This document shows, piece after piece, positions 29,179 through 38,500 of a DNA stretch of 64,000 nucleotides. The notes beneath the pieces were generated by a model that was not told where the DNA came from, did no database searches, and saw only the letters and a program-made list of their open reading frames with translations. Made by a program: the position numbers and the translations under genes. Source of the stretch: Planctomycetota bacterium (GTDB taxonomy: Bacteria > Planctomycetota > E44-bin39); the NCBI GenBank assembly GCA_004376375.1, contig SOJX01000009.1, positions 17,570 to 81,569 of the forward strand, written 5' to 3'. Position 1 is the stretch's first letter. Each line of letters opens with the position of its first letter.

Positions 29179-29353
29179 AATAGCTGCGGAATTTCGCCCA
29201 GCGCTATATCACATTTCGGAATAGCTGTTCCTACGCCGGAATGCAGGAAATCATCTGCGCAGAAAAGCAATAGACGTGTATAATAAATAAACTGATCACC
29301 CTCTCCCTTTTATTATGCGTGATAACCTTGCAGCCTTTTGCAGCGGACGAAAT

Positions 29354-29602
29354 CTAAATTTCCGAGCCCGCCCCGTTACGGATAAATGAAATGATTCTTT
29401 TTACCTGTCTTATTGAAAGCCCTACTTCGCGGGCGATTTGTGCATCCGTCAGACCGCTTTGCTTTAACTGCATAATCCTCCGGTTCCTGTCTTCGTAGTA
29501 TTTCGGCTGCGTCTTCGGAACCCAGAGCATGCCTGTATGGAAATTCTGGACACGGCTCAACAAATCGGGCGGTAGAATGCTAGCGGCGTTCTTGTAACCC
29601 AT
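29354..29602 (-). CDS. Mor-family-like small transcription activator (HTH), paralog 2
   Basis: 82 aa. Central G-x-L-W/Y-V/I-P-K motif (HTGMLWVPK) and C-terminal HTH GLTDAQIAREVGLSIRQVKRII. RBS AGGAGG. Confidence 0.5.
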   Translation of the reverse strand: MGYKNAASILPPDLLSRVQNFHTGMLWVPKTQPKYYEDRNRRIMQLKQSGLTDAQIAREVGLSIRQVKRIISFIRNGAGSEI

Positions 29603-29627
29603 CGCGACCTCCTTCTATAAATTTGAC

Positions 29628-29861
29628 TCAAGTCTTTTGCGCCTGCCTGGCTTCGTGGAGTATCTGCTGAACCCTGCGAGCAGAGAGGTAAACGATTTCT
29701 GCGATTTGGGAAGGCTTCAGCCCTTGCTGGCTGAGTTTCATGATTTCCTTGTCGCGCTCCTTACCTTCAGCAGGCGGAATGTAAAGCAGGCCCACGTGGT
29801 ATTCCCGGACTCGCATTAATAATTCAGGTGGTAGAACAATTGCCGCATTTTTATAAGCCAT
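29628..29861 (-). CDS. Mor-family-like small transcription activator (HTH), paralog 1
   Basis: Start moved to MAYKNAA (aligned with the paralog MGYKNAA), with RBS GGAGG 6 nt upstream. HVGLLYIPP motif and HTH LKPSQIAEIVYLSARRVQQIL. The ORF track gives 29628..29894. Confidence 0.5.
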   Translation of the reverse strand: MAYKNAAIVLPPELLMRVREYHVGLLYIPPAEGKERDKEIMKLSQQGLKPSQIAEIVYLSARRVQQILHEARQAQKT

Positions 29862-29994
29862 AACGACCTCCTTCCAAAACAAAAGTCGAAGCATTTTTAC
29901 CGTGGAGGTCTCGTGGAATTCTCGTGTGGGTCCCGGCTTCTTTTGAAAGCGCAGGTAGTGAACGTTCTGGTCTCGATAGGTTCTCGTCGAAAAT

Positions 29995-30783
29995 CTATCC
30001 GTCGCAAGGACGTGGTTTCTTGTTGCGAACTTTCATGATGTTGGCCGAGCGGTCAATATTAGCGCTGACCTTGAAGCCTCGCTTCTTGGCCGCGCCTTTG
30101 AGTACACCGGTCACGGCTTGAATCATCTCGGTCGAAGCATTGATGTTTCGGGCAAGCTGCTGGATGTCGCGGGTTTCGTAAAACTCGCCGTCGTCGTGGA
30201 CACGCTTTAGTATTCCAGAGTCCTGGCAAAGGTCCAGCATCTCAGCCACGGCCAAGTGACATGTGAGGAAGTGAACCGCGTACTGCGTCTTTGTGAATCC
30301 TTGGCCGCGCCAGAGGTTACCATTGCCAAGCCGCCCGAGCATGATGTCAAAGGACTCGCATCCTTCACCCACGTCAACGGCAAGCAGTATGCCATTGCCC
30401 AATTTCTTTATCCTGTCAGCGCGCCGCTGTGAGACTTCTCCTGTCTTGATGCGCAAGCGATGGTAGCGCCGCCTGTCACGCGGCGAAAGCTTGCCAACAT
30501 TTCCTGTGCCGCCGATGCGCATGACAATCTCCATCAGCGCTTTGTCCGCTTTCGTTTGGCGGAAGTATGATAACATCATCGTCAGCCCCAGCATGTTCTC
30601 GAGGGCACGCTTCTCGCTTTGCCGCGCGAACCCTCTCTCCAGCCTGGCACGCTTGATTTCGACGATTTCCCCGACCGATTCCACGGGAAAATCCCCGAAT
30701 CGGCTTCTTAGCCATTCCAGTTTCTTCAGGAGCGCGGTCTTTGTGCCCCTGAACTCGAACGTGTAGAATATGCTCAGTCCCAT
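29995..30783 (-). CDS. hypothetical protein
   Basis: 262-aa ORF in the same orientation as, and upstream of, the Mor-like pair. No recognisable domain. Confidence 0.5.
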   Translation of the reverse strand: MGLSIFYTFEFRGTKTALLKKLEWLRSRFGDFPVESVGEIVEIKRARLERGFARQSEKRALENMLGLTMMLSYFRQTKADKALMEIVMRIGGTGNVGKLSPRDRRRYHRLRIKTGEVSQRRADRIKKLGNGILLAVDVGEGCESFDIMLGRLGNGNLWRGQGFTKTQYAVHFLTCHLAVAEMLDLCQDSGILKRVHDDGEFYETRDIQQLARNINASTEMIQAVTGVLKGAAKKRGFKVSANIDRSANIMKVRNKKPRPCDG

Positions 30784-30812
30784 TCCGCCTCCCTACGGTC
30801 ATCTCCATTAGC

Positions 30813-31259
30813 TTATTCGTCGAATTTCCAGATTCTCATGTGCTCGAAGCGCGGCGCAAGTGTCTCCATGCGCTTCTGGACTTCCCCGGCGCTACGGCAC
30901 TCGGTAAATGTCTGCGCAAGCGCAAGGCGGCCCTCTACAATGTTCGTCAGCTTTTTTTCTGCATAAACGTCATCGAGCAGGCGAGTATCGAACCGCTTCG
31001 GCTCCTCATCGCGGTCGAGAAACAGGAACTCCTCCAGCGCGTTCCGAAGGCCGAGCTTTATGGTCCAGTTCCCATCTGCACGGCGCAACGTCAGCACCGG
31101 ATTCACTATGCCGTCCTCGTAACGTTCCACTGTTTTTTCGACAACCTCGAATCCCATAGCCTGTACTCCGGCCTCAAACCGCTTTGCCAACTCCGGCAGC
31201 CAGCAGGTAAGAATGAGCATTGCACCGGTCGTTTCCTCGGAATTTCCGAATTTGAGCAT
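30813..31259 (-). CDS. hypothetical protein (start chosen at MLKFGN, translationally coupled to the upstream small ORF; the ORF track offers 31295)
   Basis: ATG lies 1 nt after the TAA of the 50-aa ORF. No RBS for the 31295 start. Confidence 0.45.
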   Translation of the reverse strand: MLKFGNSEETTGAMLILTCWLPELAKRFEAGVQAMGFEVVEKTVERYEDGIVNPVLTLRRADGNWTIKLGLRNALEEFLFLDRDEEPKRFDTRLLDDVYAEKKLTNIVEGRLALAQTFTECRSAGEVQKRMETLAPRFEHMRIWKFDE

Positions 31260-31260
31260 G

Positions 31261-31413
31261 TTAAACCTCGAGCATGTCCGCGACGAAGCGTACAACTTCG
31301 GGTCGGTCGCAGTACTCGCGCAGAAGCTCCACGACCTCGTTGACTAAATAATAGCCTTCTTCTATTCCCAACTCGTTGTTGGGTATGTACAAGGTGCCCG
31401 AAAACTCACTCAT
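31261..31413 (-). CDS. small 50-aa protein (below the ORF-track cutoff)
   Basis: Reverse-strand ORF MSEFSGTLYIPNNELGIEEGYYLVNEVVELLREYCDRPEVVRFVADMLEV. RBS AAAGGAGG 9 nt upstream. Acidic. Confidence 0.4.
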   Translation of the reverse strand: MSEFSGTLYIPNNELGIEEGYYLVNEVVELLREYCDRPEVVRFVADMLEV

Positions 31414-31725
31414 TGCCTCAACCTCCTTTGATATAACAGGTTACGCACATATGGGCATTATCCGACGACGAAGTCAAGATATTTACATCATTTGGGTTTT
31501 GGGTCGATCTAACTCGTTTTTCCGGATTTTAACGCTTAAAAACCTCCCAACGCATTCATCTTTGTCAAGTAATGCACTCGGCCTCGAAAAAACAAGCCAA
31601 AGCATTATCGATTATTCTATGCGCAGGCTATGACTCGCGAAATCCTCCGTTATTCACCGGCAAAACACTCTAACCAGTTTTGCATAAACCGGTTACGACG
31701 ATTCAAAGCGGCGTCCGTCATAATT

Positions 31726-32469
31726 TCAGTGTAGCCAAGAAGTTATGCTTATGTCGGGCCAGCGCAAACAAAGGTGTTGGCTTTTCGGCAGGTACGACAT
31801 AACGGGCACACGAAAACGGCTTCGACGTAACTGTTCCATATGCATACATTTACGCCTCTCCGACCCCATGGGTTTTGGCGCGGCGGTCGGGCCGTGCGCA
31901 TAACCGCCGTTACTGAGCTGGTGCGTTTCGAGCATCCCTATCCCGCTTTCGAGCTCGCTCTTGTAGCCTCCCGTATGGAGGGCCATCTCGGAAAGGAACC
32001 ACGAGCCGATTGAAAAACCCCAGTTGTCGAAATCGTTCCCGCCGCCGCCGCGGTCGGTGATGTGTGCGGCCACGTAATCGGCAGCGTCTTTCAAAGCACC
32101 GGACTTGGGATCGTCGCCGGCCGCGAGCATGGCGAGCCCGCAATAACTCGCCGATACAATCGGTCCCGCCGGCGGCGGATATCCGCTGTTCTTCCAGTTG
32201 CTGCGGATGTAATCCAGTCCTTTGCTCGATGCCCCGGACCAGCTCGCGGGCTTGTTGGGTGAATTGGAGATTTTCCCGTTTATAGTCCCCGGTCCGGTAC
32301 CGGTGCCGGTCCCGGTTCCCGAGCCTGTTCCTCCACCGCCGCCACCGCCGGAACGGGAAGATTTATGCCCGTCAGAGCAGGACGGGATTAACGTCAAACC
32401 GATAGCCGCTATCAATATTATTATGAAGTGTGTTATGCTTACGGCGTTGAATGAATGTTTGTGTTTCAT
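31726..32469 (-). CDS. secreted lipoprotein with Gly/Thr-rich linker; possibly 3'-truncated
   Basis: Start set at MKHKHSF, with RBS GGGAG upstream. Signal peptide plus LIPSC. Linker (G)7TGSGTGTGTGTGPGT. Repeat-like GGYAHG / NWGFS segments. The last 45 or so codons look non-protein-like and run into a lower-GC region. Confidence 0.45.
   Translation of the reverse strand: MKHKHSFNAVSITHFIIILIAAIGLTLIPSCSDGHKSSRSGGGGGGGTGSGTGTGTGTGPGTINGKISNSPNKPASWSGASSKGLDYIRSNWKNSGYPPPAGPIVSASYCGLAMLAAGDDPKSGALKDAADYVAAHITDRGGGGNDFDNWGFSIGSWFLSEMALHTGGYKSELESGIGMLETHQLSNGGYAHGPTAAPKPMGSERRKCMHMEQLRRSRFRVPVMSYLPKSQHLCLRWPDISITSWLH
32285..32345. repeat. GGN/ACN-type hexanucleotide low-complexity coding repeat (Gly-Thr linker)
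   Basis: ccggtaccggtgccggtcccggttcc... encodes the TGSGTGTGTG linker. Confidence 0.7.
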
Positions 32470-32529
32470 TCCCTTTTCTCCCTTCCGTGCTTGCGTATGT
32501 GTCATGGACAGCCTCGTTACACTCTGATG

Positions 32530-35028
32530 TTATTTCTTCTTTGACAGGACCACCGTGAGCGCGACAACCTTCGTAGTTGCAACGCAGTCCTCGTTAGAAA
32601 GAATGACAAACCAGTCATCGTTGGATGGGATAATGAAATCCCCCGACTTTGAAGATATGTTATGAGAGATTTCATGGGCATCGAACGAGGCGCCGCCGGC
32701 GTAGGCCATGAAGTTTGCGGAATCGCAGATGAAGAAATCCGCGTGCGCGTTACTGCGGACGTAGCTGAAAGTTTTGGCGTGCAGTGGCTCCGGAACGCTG
32801 TCGACGGGGCAGGTTCCGTGCATCATTTCCGACGGCACCTCAACCGCGAAATCGAGTTTGTAGTTGTCGAGAGGACTTGGCAGCTGACCCGCCGCGCCCG
32901 GCTTCGGCACGGGTATGCTCCCGCTGAGGGTCGCCGAGCGGGATACCGTCCCCTTGTCTTCGACTTTTACCGATTCGGTCGTGCCGTCTCCAACGATGCT
33001 GTTGATTTTGATTCCGAAACTTTTCGCTGATGCAAGCGCAACGTTGCATTTGCCGGAAGTGTCGGTATAGCCGATTCCGGCGTACTGCGGCCTCGGGTGC
33101 CCCGCGCTGGAAATCTTCAGCTGCACGCCGTCGACCGGGTTGCCGTCCGCGTCCGTGACGGTCATGTCGAGCCTTTTGACGCTGGTGTATCTTTCGGTGA
33201 TGGTCTCCGAATACCCGTCGCCGCGCCACGACAGGACGGCCGAGATCGGCATCCACTCCCAGCCCCAGTCGTCGTAAGCGCGGGGGTCGTCAATCATAAA
33301 ACCGTTCCACTCCGACTTCGAGGGCTCCCACTGGACCCATCTTCTATCGTAGAACTCGTTCCACTTGTGGTTGTTCGCGTGACTGCCCGTCGCGGCCCCC
33401 GGGATAAGCGCGGTTCTTGTCGCCGCGGCCGTGACAATTGCATGCGGCGTGCAGGAGCCGCTGTGCGTGTGATGTATCGAAAGAGGCTGAGTGGGATCAG
33501 GTTTGCCGCCGCCGCCAACGAAACTGATGTTTATCCATTCGGCAACCGCGGCGATAGCGTCGTTATCGTCACTGTTTTTCTTGCACTTCCATACGCTTTG
33601 ACATCCGATAAGCACGTCTTTCAGCGGGAAATAAGTAACCCTGTCCGGCGGATCGCAGAGATTGAAGAAAAAGTCGCGCCAGAAATAGCCGTCGATATAC
33701 TGCGGCTCTTCCACCATGACGACGGGATGCACAATGTAGTAGTAGTATATATCTCTCGGAAGCTCTACCTGTTTGCGGACTCCCCCCTCTTCGACCCAGT
33801 ACCTTGTGGTGGAGTAGTAATTCGGATCGCTGCCCGAAGTTCCGTAATCGATAACATCGACATAATCAAGCACGTCATCGGCCGAGTAGATATGCTCGGC
33901 ATTCTCCCTGATAATCGCGAGGTCCATTACGGCGAGGTCTTCATGCGCGATGTGGGCCACGCAGAAAACTATCTCGTCGAGGTATGGGTCGGACGCGTCC
34001 AGTATCAGCCGGGCGCACGAATCCTGAATGCTGCTGCCCAGGAATGAGAAATTCTCCGCCAGCTCGTGTGCAAGCCATTTTGGCGCTTTCTCAACCGCGT
34101 CTTTCGCAAGCGAAGTCAGGTTCTCCTGCGGGCGCAGGACCTCGAGGGCCGAACTGCTGCTGTTGAAACGGACGCAGACGCGCTCGCCGGCCGGTATCCT
34201 TACTTCCAGGCTTACCGAGTCCAGTTTCTCCCACGCGGGGTCGGTTACGGTTATCGAAAACTCCTCGCCCGCGGTCTTTTGCGGCGAGCTTGAATCCTCG
34301 ACCCGGACCGCGAAATCGAAAATACCGGCCGTGCCGGGCGTACCGGAGATTTCGCCGGTCGACGGGCTGAGGCTGAGGCCGTCGGGAAGCGAGCCGCTAA
34401 GGATCGACCATGCATAAGGAGTCGTACCTCCTGCCGCACTTAGCGTTCCGCTGTACGCGACTCCAAGTACGGCGTCCGGGAGCGATTCGGTCTCGAGCGT
34501 CAGCGCGCTTCCGGGCTCCTCAATAATTATGGAAAACTCCTTCGTCGCCTCCTGCAACGGCGCACTGCCGTCAGTAACTTTTACGGTGAAATCGAAACTA
34601 CCCGCTGCGGTGGGGGTACCTGAAATTCTTCCTGTCGATGGTGTAAGGTTAAGACCGCTCGGCAGAAAGCCGCTTGAGATGGACCATGTGAAGGGAGAAG
34701 TACCCCCTGCCGCAGTGAGAATTCTGCTGTATGGAATTCCAACCGTACCGCCCCAGAGCGAATCAGTCGCTATCCAGAGCGGATTCGCACCTGTTCCGGT
34801 TCCGGATCCTGTGCCGCTGCCCGTTCCTGTGCCTGTTCCCGTGCCGGTGCCTGTTCCCGTTCCTGTTCCTGTTCCCGTGCCGGGGCCCGTCCCTGTGCCA
34901 GGCCCGGTTCCCGTACCGGGTGGGTTCTGGCTGCTGCCTGATTTCTTGTTACTGCCGCACCCCGGCAGGCAAAATGTCAAGCCGAATACGGTTACGATTA
35001 CGATGAGAATAAAATAGACCCGTTTCAT
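32530..35028 (-). CDS. transglutaminase-like lipoprotein with two putative Ig-like repeats and a long (GT)n linker
   Basis: 832 aa. Signal peptide with lipobox LPGC. Linker of about 45 residues of GTG/PGT. Two repeats P(F/Y)(T/A)WSI(S/L)SG(F/S)LP(S/D)GL(N/S)L(T/S)PSTG(R/E)ISGTP. Transglutaminase core GSCTPHAIVTAAATRTALIPGAATGSHANNHKWNEFYDRRW (Cys...His...Asp). ATGA overlap with the STAS gene. Confidence 0.7.
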   Translation of the reverse strand: MKRVYFILIVIVTVFGLTFCLPGCGSNKKSGSSQNPPGTGTGPGTGTGPGTGTGTGTGTGTGTGTGTGTGSGTGSGTGTGANPLWIATDSLWGGTVGIPYSRILTAAGGTSPFTWSISSGFLPSGLNLTPSTGRISGTPTAAGSFDFTVKVTDGSAPLQEATKEFSIIIEEPGSALTLETESLPDAVLGVAYSGTLSAAGGTTPYAWSILSGSLPDGLSLSPSTGEISGTPGTAGIFDFAVRVEDSSSPQKTAGEEFSITVTDPAWEKLDSVSLEVRIPAGERVCVRFNSSSSALEVLRPQENLTSLAKDAVEKAPKWLAHELAENFSFLGSSIQDSCARLILDASDPYLDEIVFCVAHIAHEDLAVMDLAIIRENAEHIYSADDVLDYVDVIDYGTSGSDPNYYSTTRYWVEEGGVRKQVELPRDIYYYYIVHPVVMVEEPQYIDGYFWRDFFFNLCDPPDRVTYFPLKDVLIGCQSVWKCKKNSDDNDAIAAVAEWINISFVGGGGKPDPTQPLSIHHTHSGSCTPHAIVTAAATRTALIPGAATGSHANNHKWNEFYDRRWVQWEPSKSEWNGFMIDDPRAYDDWGWEWMPISAVLSWRGDGYSETITERYTSVKRLDMTVTDADGNPVDGVQLKISSAGHPRPQYAGIGYTDTSGKCNVALASAKSFGIKINSIVGDGTTESVKVEDKGTVSRSATLSGSIPVPKPGAAGQLPSPLDNYKLDFAVEVPSEMMHGTCPVDSVPEPLHAKTFSYVRSNAHADFFICDSANFMAYAGGASFDAHEISHNISSKSGDFIIPSNDDWFVILSNEDCVATTKVVALTVVLSKKK
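34786..34925. repeat. long hexanucleotide low-complexity coding repeat encoding the (GT)n linker
   Basis: About 23 tandem degenerate copies of ccnGTn; the opposite frame reads PVPVPVPV. Confidence 0.75.
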
Positions 35029-35387
35029 GCTGTATTCTCCTTTTGTGATTCTGGACGACGATAACTATGTGCATTTTCGGAAAATTTGCCCAGCGCAGCA
35101 GAGGCGAGCCACTCGACGCCGAGGCTCCGGACAGGTGGAAAGATATCGACGCTCAGGTTTCCGTTTTGACACTTAACCCAGTCGAGAACCGTAACGCCGA
35201 TAGAGTCAATCGATGTTATTTTACGAAGGTCGAGCATGATTTCCCGACTCTGGAATTCTACCGCGGACTGCAGAAGCTCCAGAATCCTCCTGGCAGTATG
35301 GCCGGTGAACTTGCCTGCAACCTGCAACCGTAACTTTCCGTTTTCGTAACAGAATAGGGTAAATGCGACTTTCATGATAATTTCCAT
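35025..35387 (-). CDS. STAS-domain protein (anti-sigma-factor antagonist, SpoIIAA-like)
   Basis: 120 aa. LDLRKITSIDSIGVTVLDWVKC fits the STAS signature. Directly downstream of a sigma-54 promoter. Confidence 0.6.
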   Translation of the reverse strand: MEIIMKVAFTLFCYENGKLRLQVAGKFTGHTARRILELLQSAVEFQSREIMLDLRKITSIDSIGVTVLDWVKCQNGNLSVDIFPPVRSLGVEWLASAALGKFSENAHSYRRPESQKENTA

Positions 35388-35427
35388 ATTTTAGAGCAAA
35401 AATTATTGGAATCGCTACTATTGATTT

Positions 35428-35443
35428 AGCAAGATTTGAGCCA
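35428..35443 (-). promoter_or_regulatory. sigma-54 (-24/-12) promoter TGGCTC-N5-TTGCT driving the STAS / transglutaminase-lipoprotein operon
   Basis: Minus-strand read TGGCTCAAATCTTGCT against the consensus TGGCACGnnnnTTGCW: two mismatches, exact GG-GC spacing. About 40 nt upstream of the STAS start codon. Confidence 0.55.
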
Positions 35444-35540
35444 AATGGTTTTTAGATGGCCGAGATTCGTATAACTAGTGTGTGTTCAATGTGTTAGGTG
35501 GTGTGCAAGTGATAGTTCATGGAGATTGCCAGGAAGGGGA

Positions 35541-35588
35541 GTGTCAACTGTATTGACACATTACGGTCTGTGTCAATGTAGTTTACAC
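35541..35588. promoter_or_regulatory. two tandem palindromic candidate enhancer (UAS) sites GTGTCAA-N5-TTGACAC and GTGTCAA-N5-TTTACAC
   Basis: Perfect 7-bp IR at 35541-35559 and a one-mismatch copy at 35570-35588. Centres 29 bp apart. 100-150 bp upstream of the sigma-54 promoter and directly beside the sigma-54 activator gene. Confidence 0.45.
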
Positions 35589-38500
35589 TATCTTGGGCGT
35601 TGGATTCCCCACTCTTTTCTCTTCTTGAAAATCTGCTGTCGGCTGACACCGAGCAGTTTTGCCAGTTGGGTTTCATTGTGATTATGCTGGTGAGCGAGAA
35701 TGAATTCTTTCATATAATTTTCAAGTGAAAGTTTACGGCTGATTATGCTTTCCGGTTCAGGCTGATGTTCCCGGCTGCTCATTACTTTCACAATGTCACC
35801 GGTAGTAATGCGGTTGCCGGCCATTACGAACGCCTGCTGGAGTATGTTTCGCAGTTGTCGCACATTGCCGGGATAATTGTAGCCGGACATTTTCGCAAGC
35901 GCCTCCGATTCAAGCGGTTTTTCAGGCACGTCCAGATCACCGGCAAGTTCATTGAGAATGTGCTTTACAAGAAGCGGGATATCTTCGCGCCGCTCGCGAA
36001 GAGGCGGCAGCTCGATGCGGACAACGTTTAATCTGTAGAAAAGATCTTCACGGAACGCGCCCTGCTCCACAAGCTTTTCGAGCGGCATGTTGGTCGAGCA
36101 CACCAGGCGGATGTCAATGGGAATCGGCATCGCGGTGCCTATCCGCCTGACCTCCCGTTCTTCGATGACGCGGAGAAGCTTAACCTGCATTCCGAGCGGC
36201 ATGGAGGCTATTTCGTCCAGGAACAGAGTACCGCCGTCCGCCGACTCAATAAGTCCTGTTTTATCGGAGCCCGCGCCCGTGAAGGCGCCTTTAACGTGCC
36301 CGAAAAGCTCGCCTTCAAGCAGCGATTCCGTCATGGCGCCGCAATTGATCGAAACGAACGGCCCTTCCTTCCGGCTGCTGTTGTAGTGGAGCGCTTTTGC
36401 GACAAGCTCCTTCCCCGTCCCCGTTTCGCCGTAGATGTAGGCGGTCAGGTCGGTATCGGTAACGGAATCGAGGAGGCTGAAGAGTTCGCGCATCGGTTTC
36501 GACTGCCCTACGATGCTGGTGTAGGCGTACCGTGTCCGCACCTCTTTCTGAAGGGAGCTAAGCCTTGTCCGCATCTTTTCCTGCTCGACGGCGTTGGAGA
36601 TAATAGGCGCGATACGCTCGGCGAGTGCTTCGACGAAATGGAGATCGGCTTCGGTGAAACTGCGGGCGAGCGACGTGGTATCGAGATAGACCACCCCCAT
36701 CGTCCGGCCTTCGCTTTTAATCGGCACGCAGAGCACCGAGCAGAGGCTGAGGTCTACCACGCTTTTCGCGTCGCGAAGCGATTCGTCCATGTTAACGTTG
36801 GCGACAAGCCTTGACTGGCCGCTATTGATGACTTCTCCAACCATGGTGTGGCTTGTCTGGTATTCGGGCGAAGTGATTTCCCTGTCGCGAATGTTACGCA
36901 CCGACAGGTGTTTGAGGCCGGCACCCTCATCGACAAGGATGATAAAACCGCGCTCGGCCTGGATAGTGTCAAGCACCATAGCGAGTGCGAGGTCAAGCAG
37001 CTTTTCAACGTCAAGCTCGGTCGCGGCGAGGCGCGCGATCATCTCGAGGAGCGCCATCTCCCGCCGCGCTACATGACTATCGTATACGCCGTGGATATCC
37101 AGGACCTGTTGATCGAGTGTAAAATCCTCTTCGGGGAACTCGGTTATTTTTTCTTTTCCAGGCGGTCCTTTCCGGAAGGGGTCAACGTCATCCAACGGGC
37201 TGAAGAACGGAGATTCCCTCAGCTGCTGCCTGTCGTACCCTTCGGGCAGCACATCGGCAATGAGTTTATAGGCATTTTCCGCTTCATTGAAATGCCCGGC
37301 CGCGAGCTCGAGATTATCCTGAGTGGAGGCGGCGAGCGCGGCGGTGAGCGCGGCCTCGAAGACGAGTGCGATGTTATCGGTCCGGTATGCGGTTTTCAGG
37401 GCCTCGGCTGCGATTTCCCGGGCCTTTCCAGCCTTGCCGATTCTCAGGCTGCATCGCGCTTTCAGGATAGTGGTTTCGATTCCGGCAGCCATGCTGAGTT
37501 TTTCATTTTCAAGCCGTGCAAGGATTTTTTGCGCTGCCGGGATTCTTCCGGTTGTTATGAGTACCCCGGCCCCGGCCAGTTCGATGCCCCACCCGACCTG
37601 TCCGGTGATTTTCAATTCCTGCGCCTGTTCTATCAGACGGCGGGCGCGTTTGATATCTCCCGTGATCATGGCGTGCCTCGCGGAGAGGGCCAGCGCTTCG
37701 CCGAGCCTTGCAGGGCTCTGCGGCCCGGCAAGCTCCCGGGATTCGGACAGGTCCCGCTCGGCGGCTTCGAAATCACCGCAGAGGAACGCGAGCGCTTCCG
37801 CCCTGAGATTCAGGACCGTTGTTTCCAGCGGCGTTATGCCGGCTTTACGGGCAATCTGAAGGGCCTCTTCGAAGTATGCGAGCGCGTCGGCGGTCCTTCC
37901 GAGTACGGTGCACACCGTTCCGAGAGAGATGGGGCAATGCCGCTTGAGAGTAGAGCTTGCTGTTTTCCCCGCCACTTCACTGGCCTGCTCGAATGAGGAA
38001 AGGGCTTCCCTTGTTCGTCCCGAGGCGAGGTGGACGTCACCTATGTTTATCATCACGGCGCCGATACTTACTTCATCACCCGAAATCTCGAAGAACCGCT
38101 TGGCCGCGGTGTAGGCGTCGAGTGCTTCGTCGTACTGCCCGAAATCCTTGAGCACGTTGCCGATATTTCCCTGGGTGTATGCAACACCCATGAGGTTGCC
38201 TCTTTTTTCATAAGCATCGAGGGCGATATAGTAATGCACAAGCGCTTTTTCCGGTTTCCCTTTTTCCAGATCGATACCGGCCAGCAGGACGTGCATGCGC
38301 TCGAAATGGTCTTTCGCGGATTTCCGCCGCAGTATCCGGTTGGCGCGCTTCACGGCATCGGCATATTTTCCGCGCCCGTAATCAGAACTTGCGAGATGAC
38401 TGTCTATGGTATTAATTTTTTCCTTGTCTTTGAGAGACTTGAAGATGTCCCTTGCCTCGGACAATAACTTTCGTGCTTTCTCAGGCTCGCCTTTGTGCCC

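Noticed and set aside
31376-31633. 85-aa plus-strand ORF
   Set aside because: It overlaps the RBS-supported small ORF and promoter region of the minus-strand cassette. No RBS and no motif.
32290-34930. Short regularly spaced repeats that could be mistaken for a CRISPR array
   Set aside because: Units are 6 bp, contiguous, lack spacers, and are in frame within lipoprotein genes encoding Gly-Thr linkers. They are not CRISPR.
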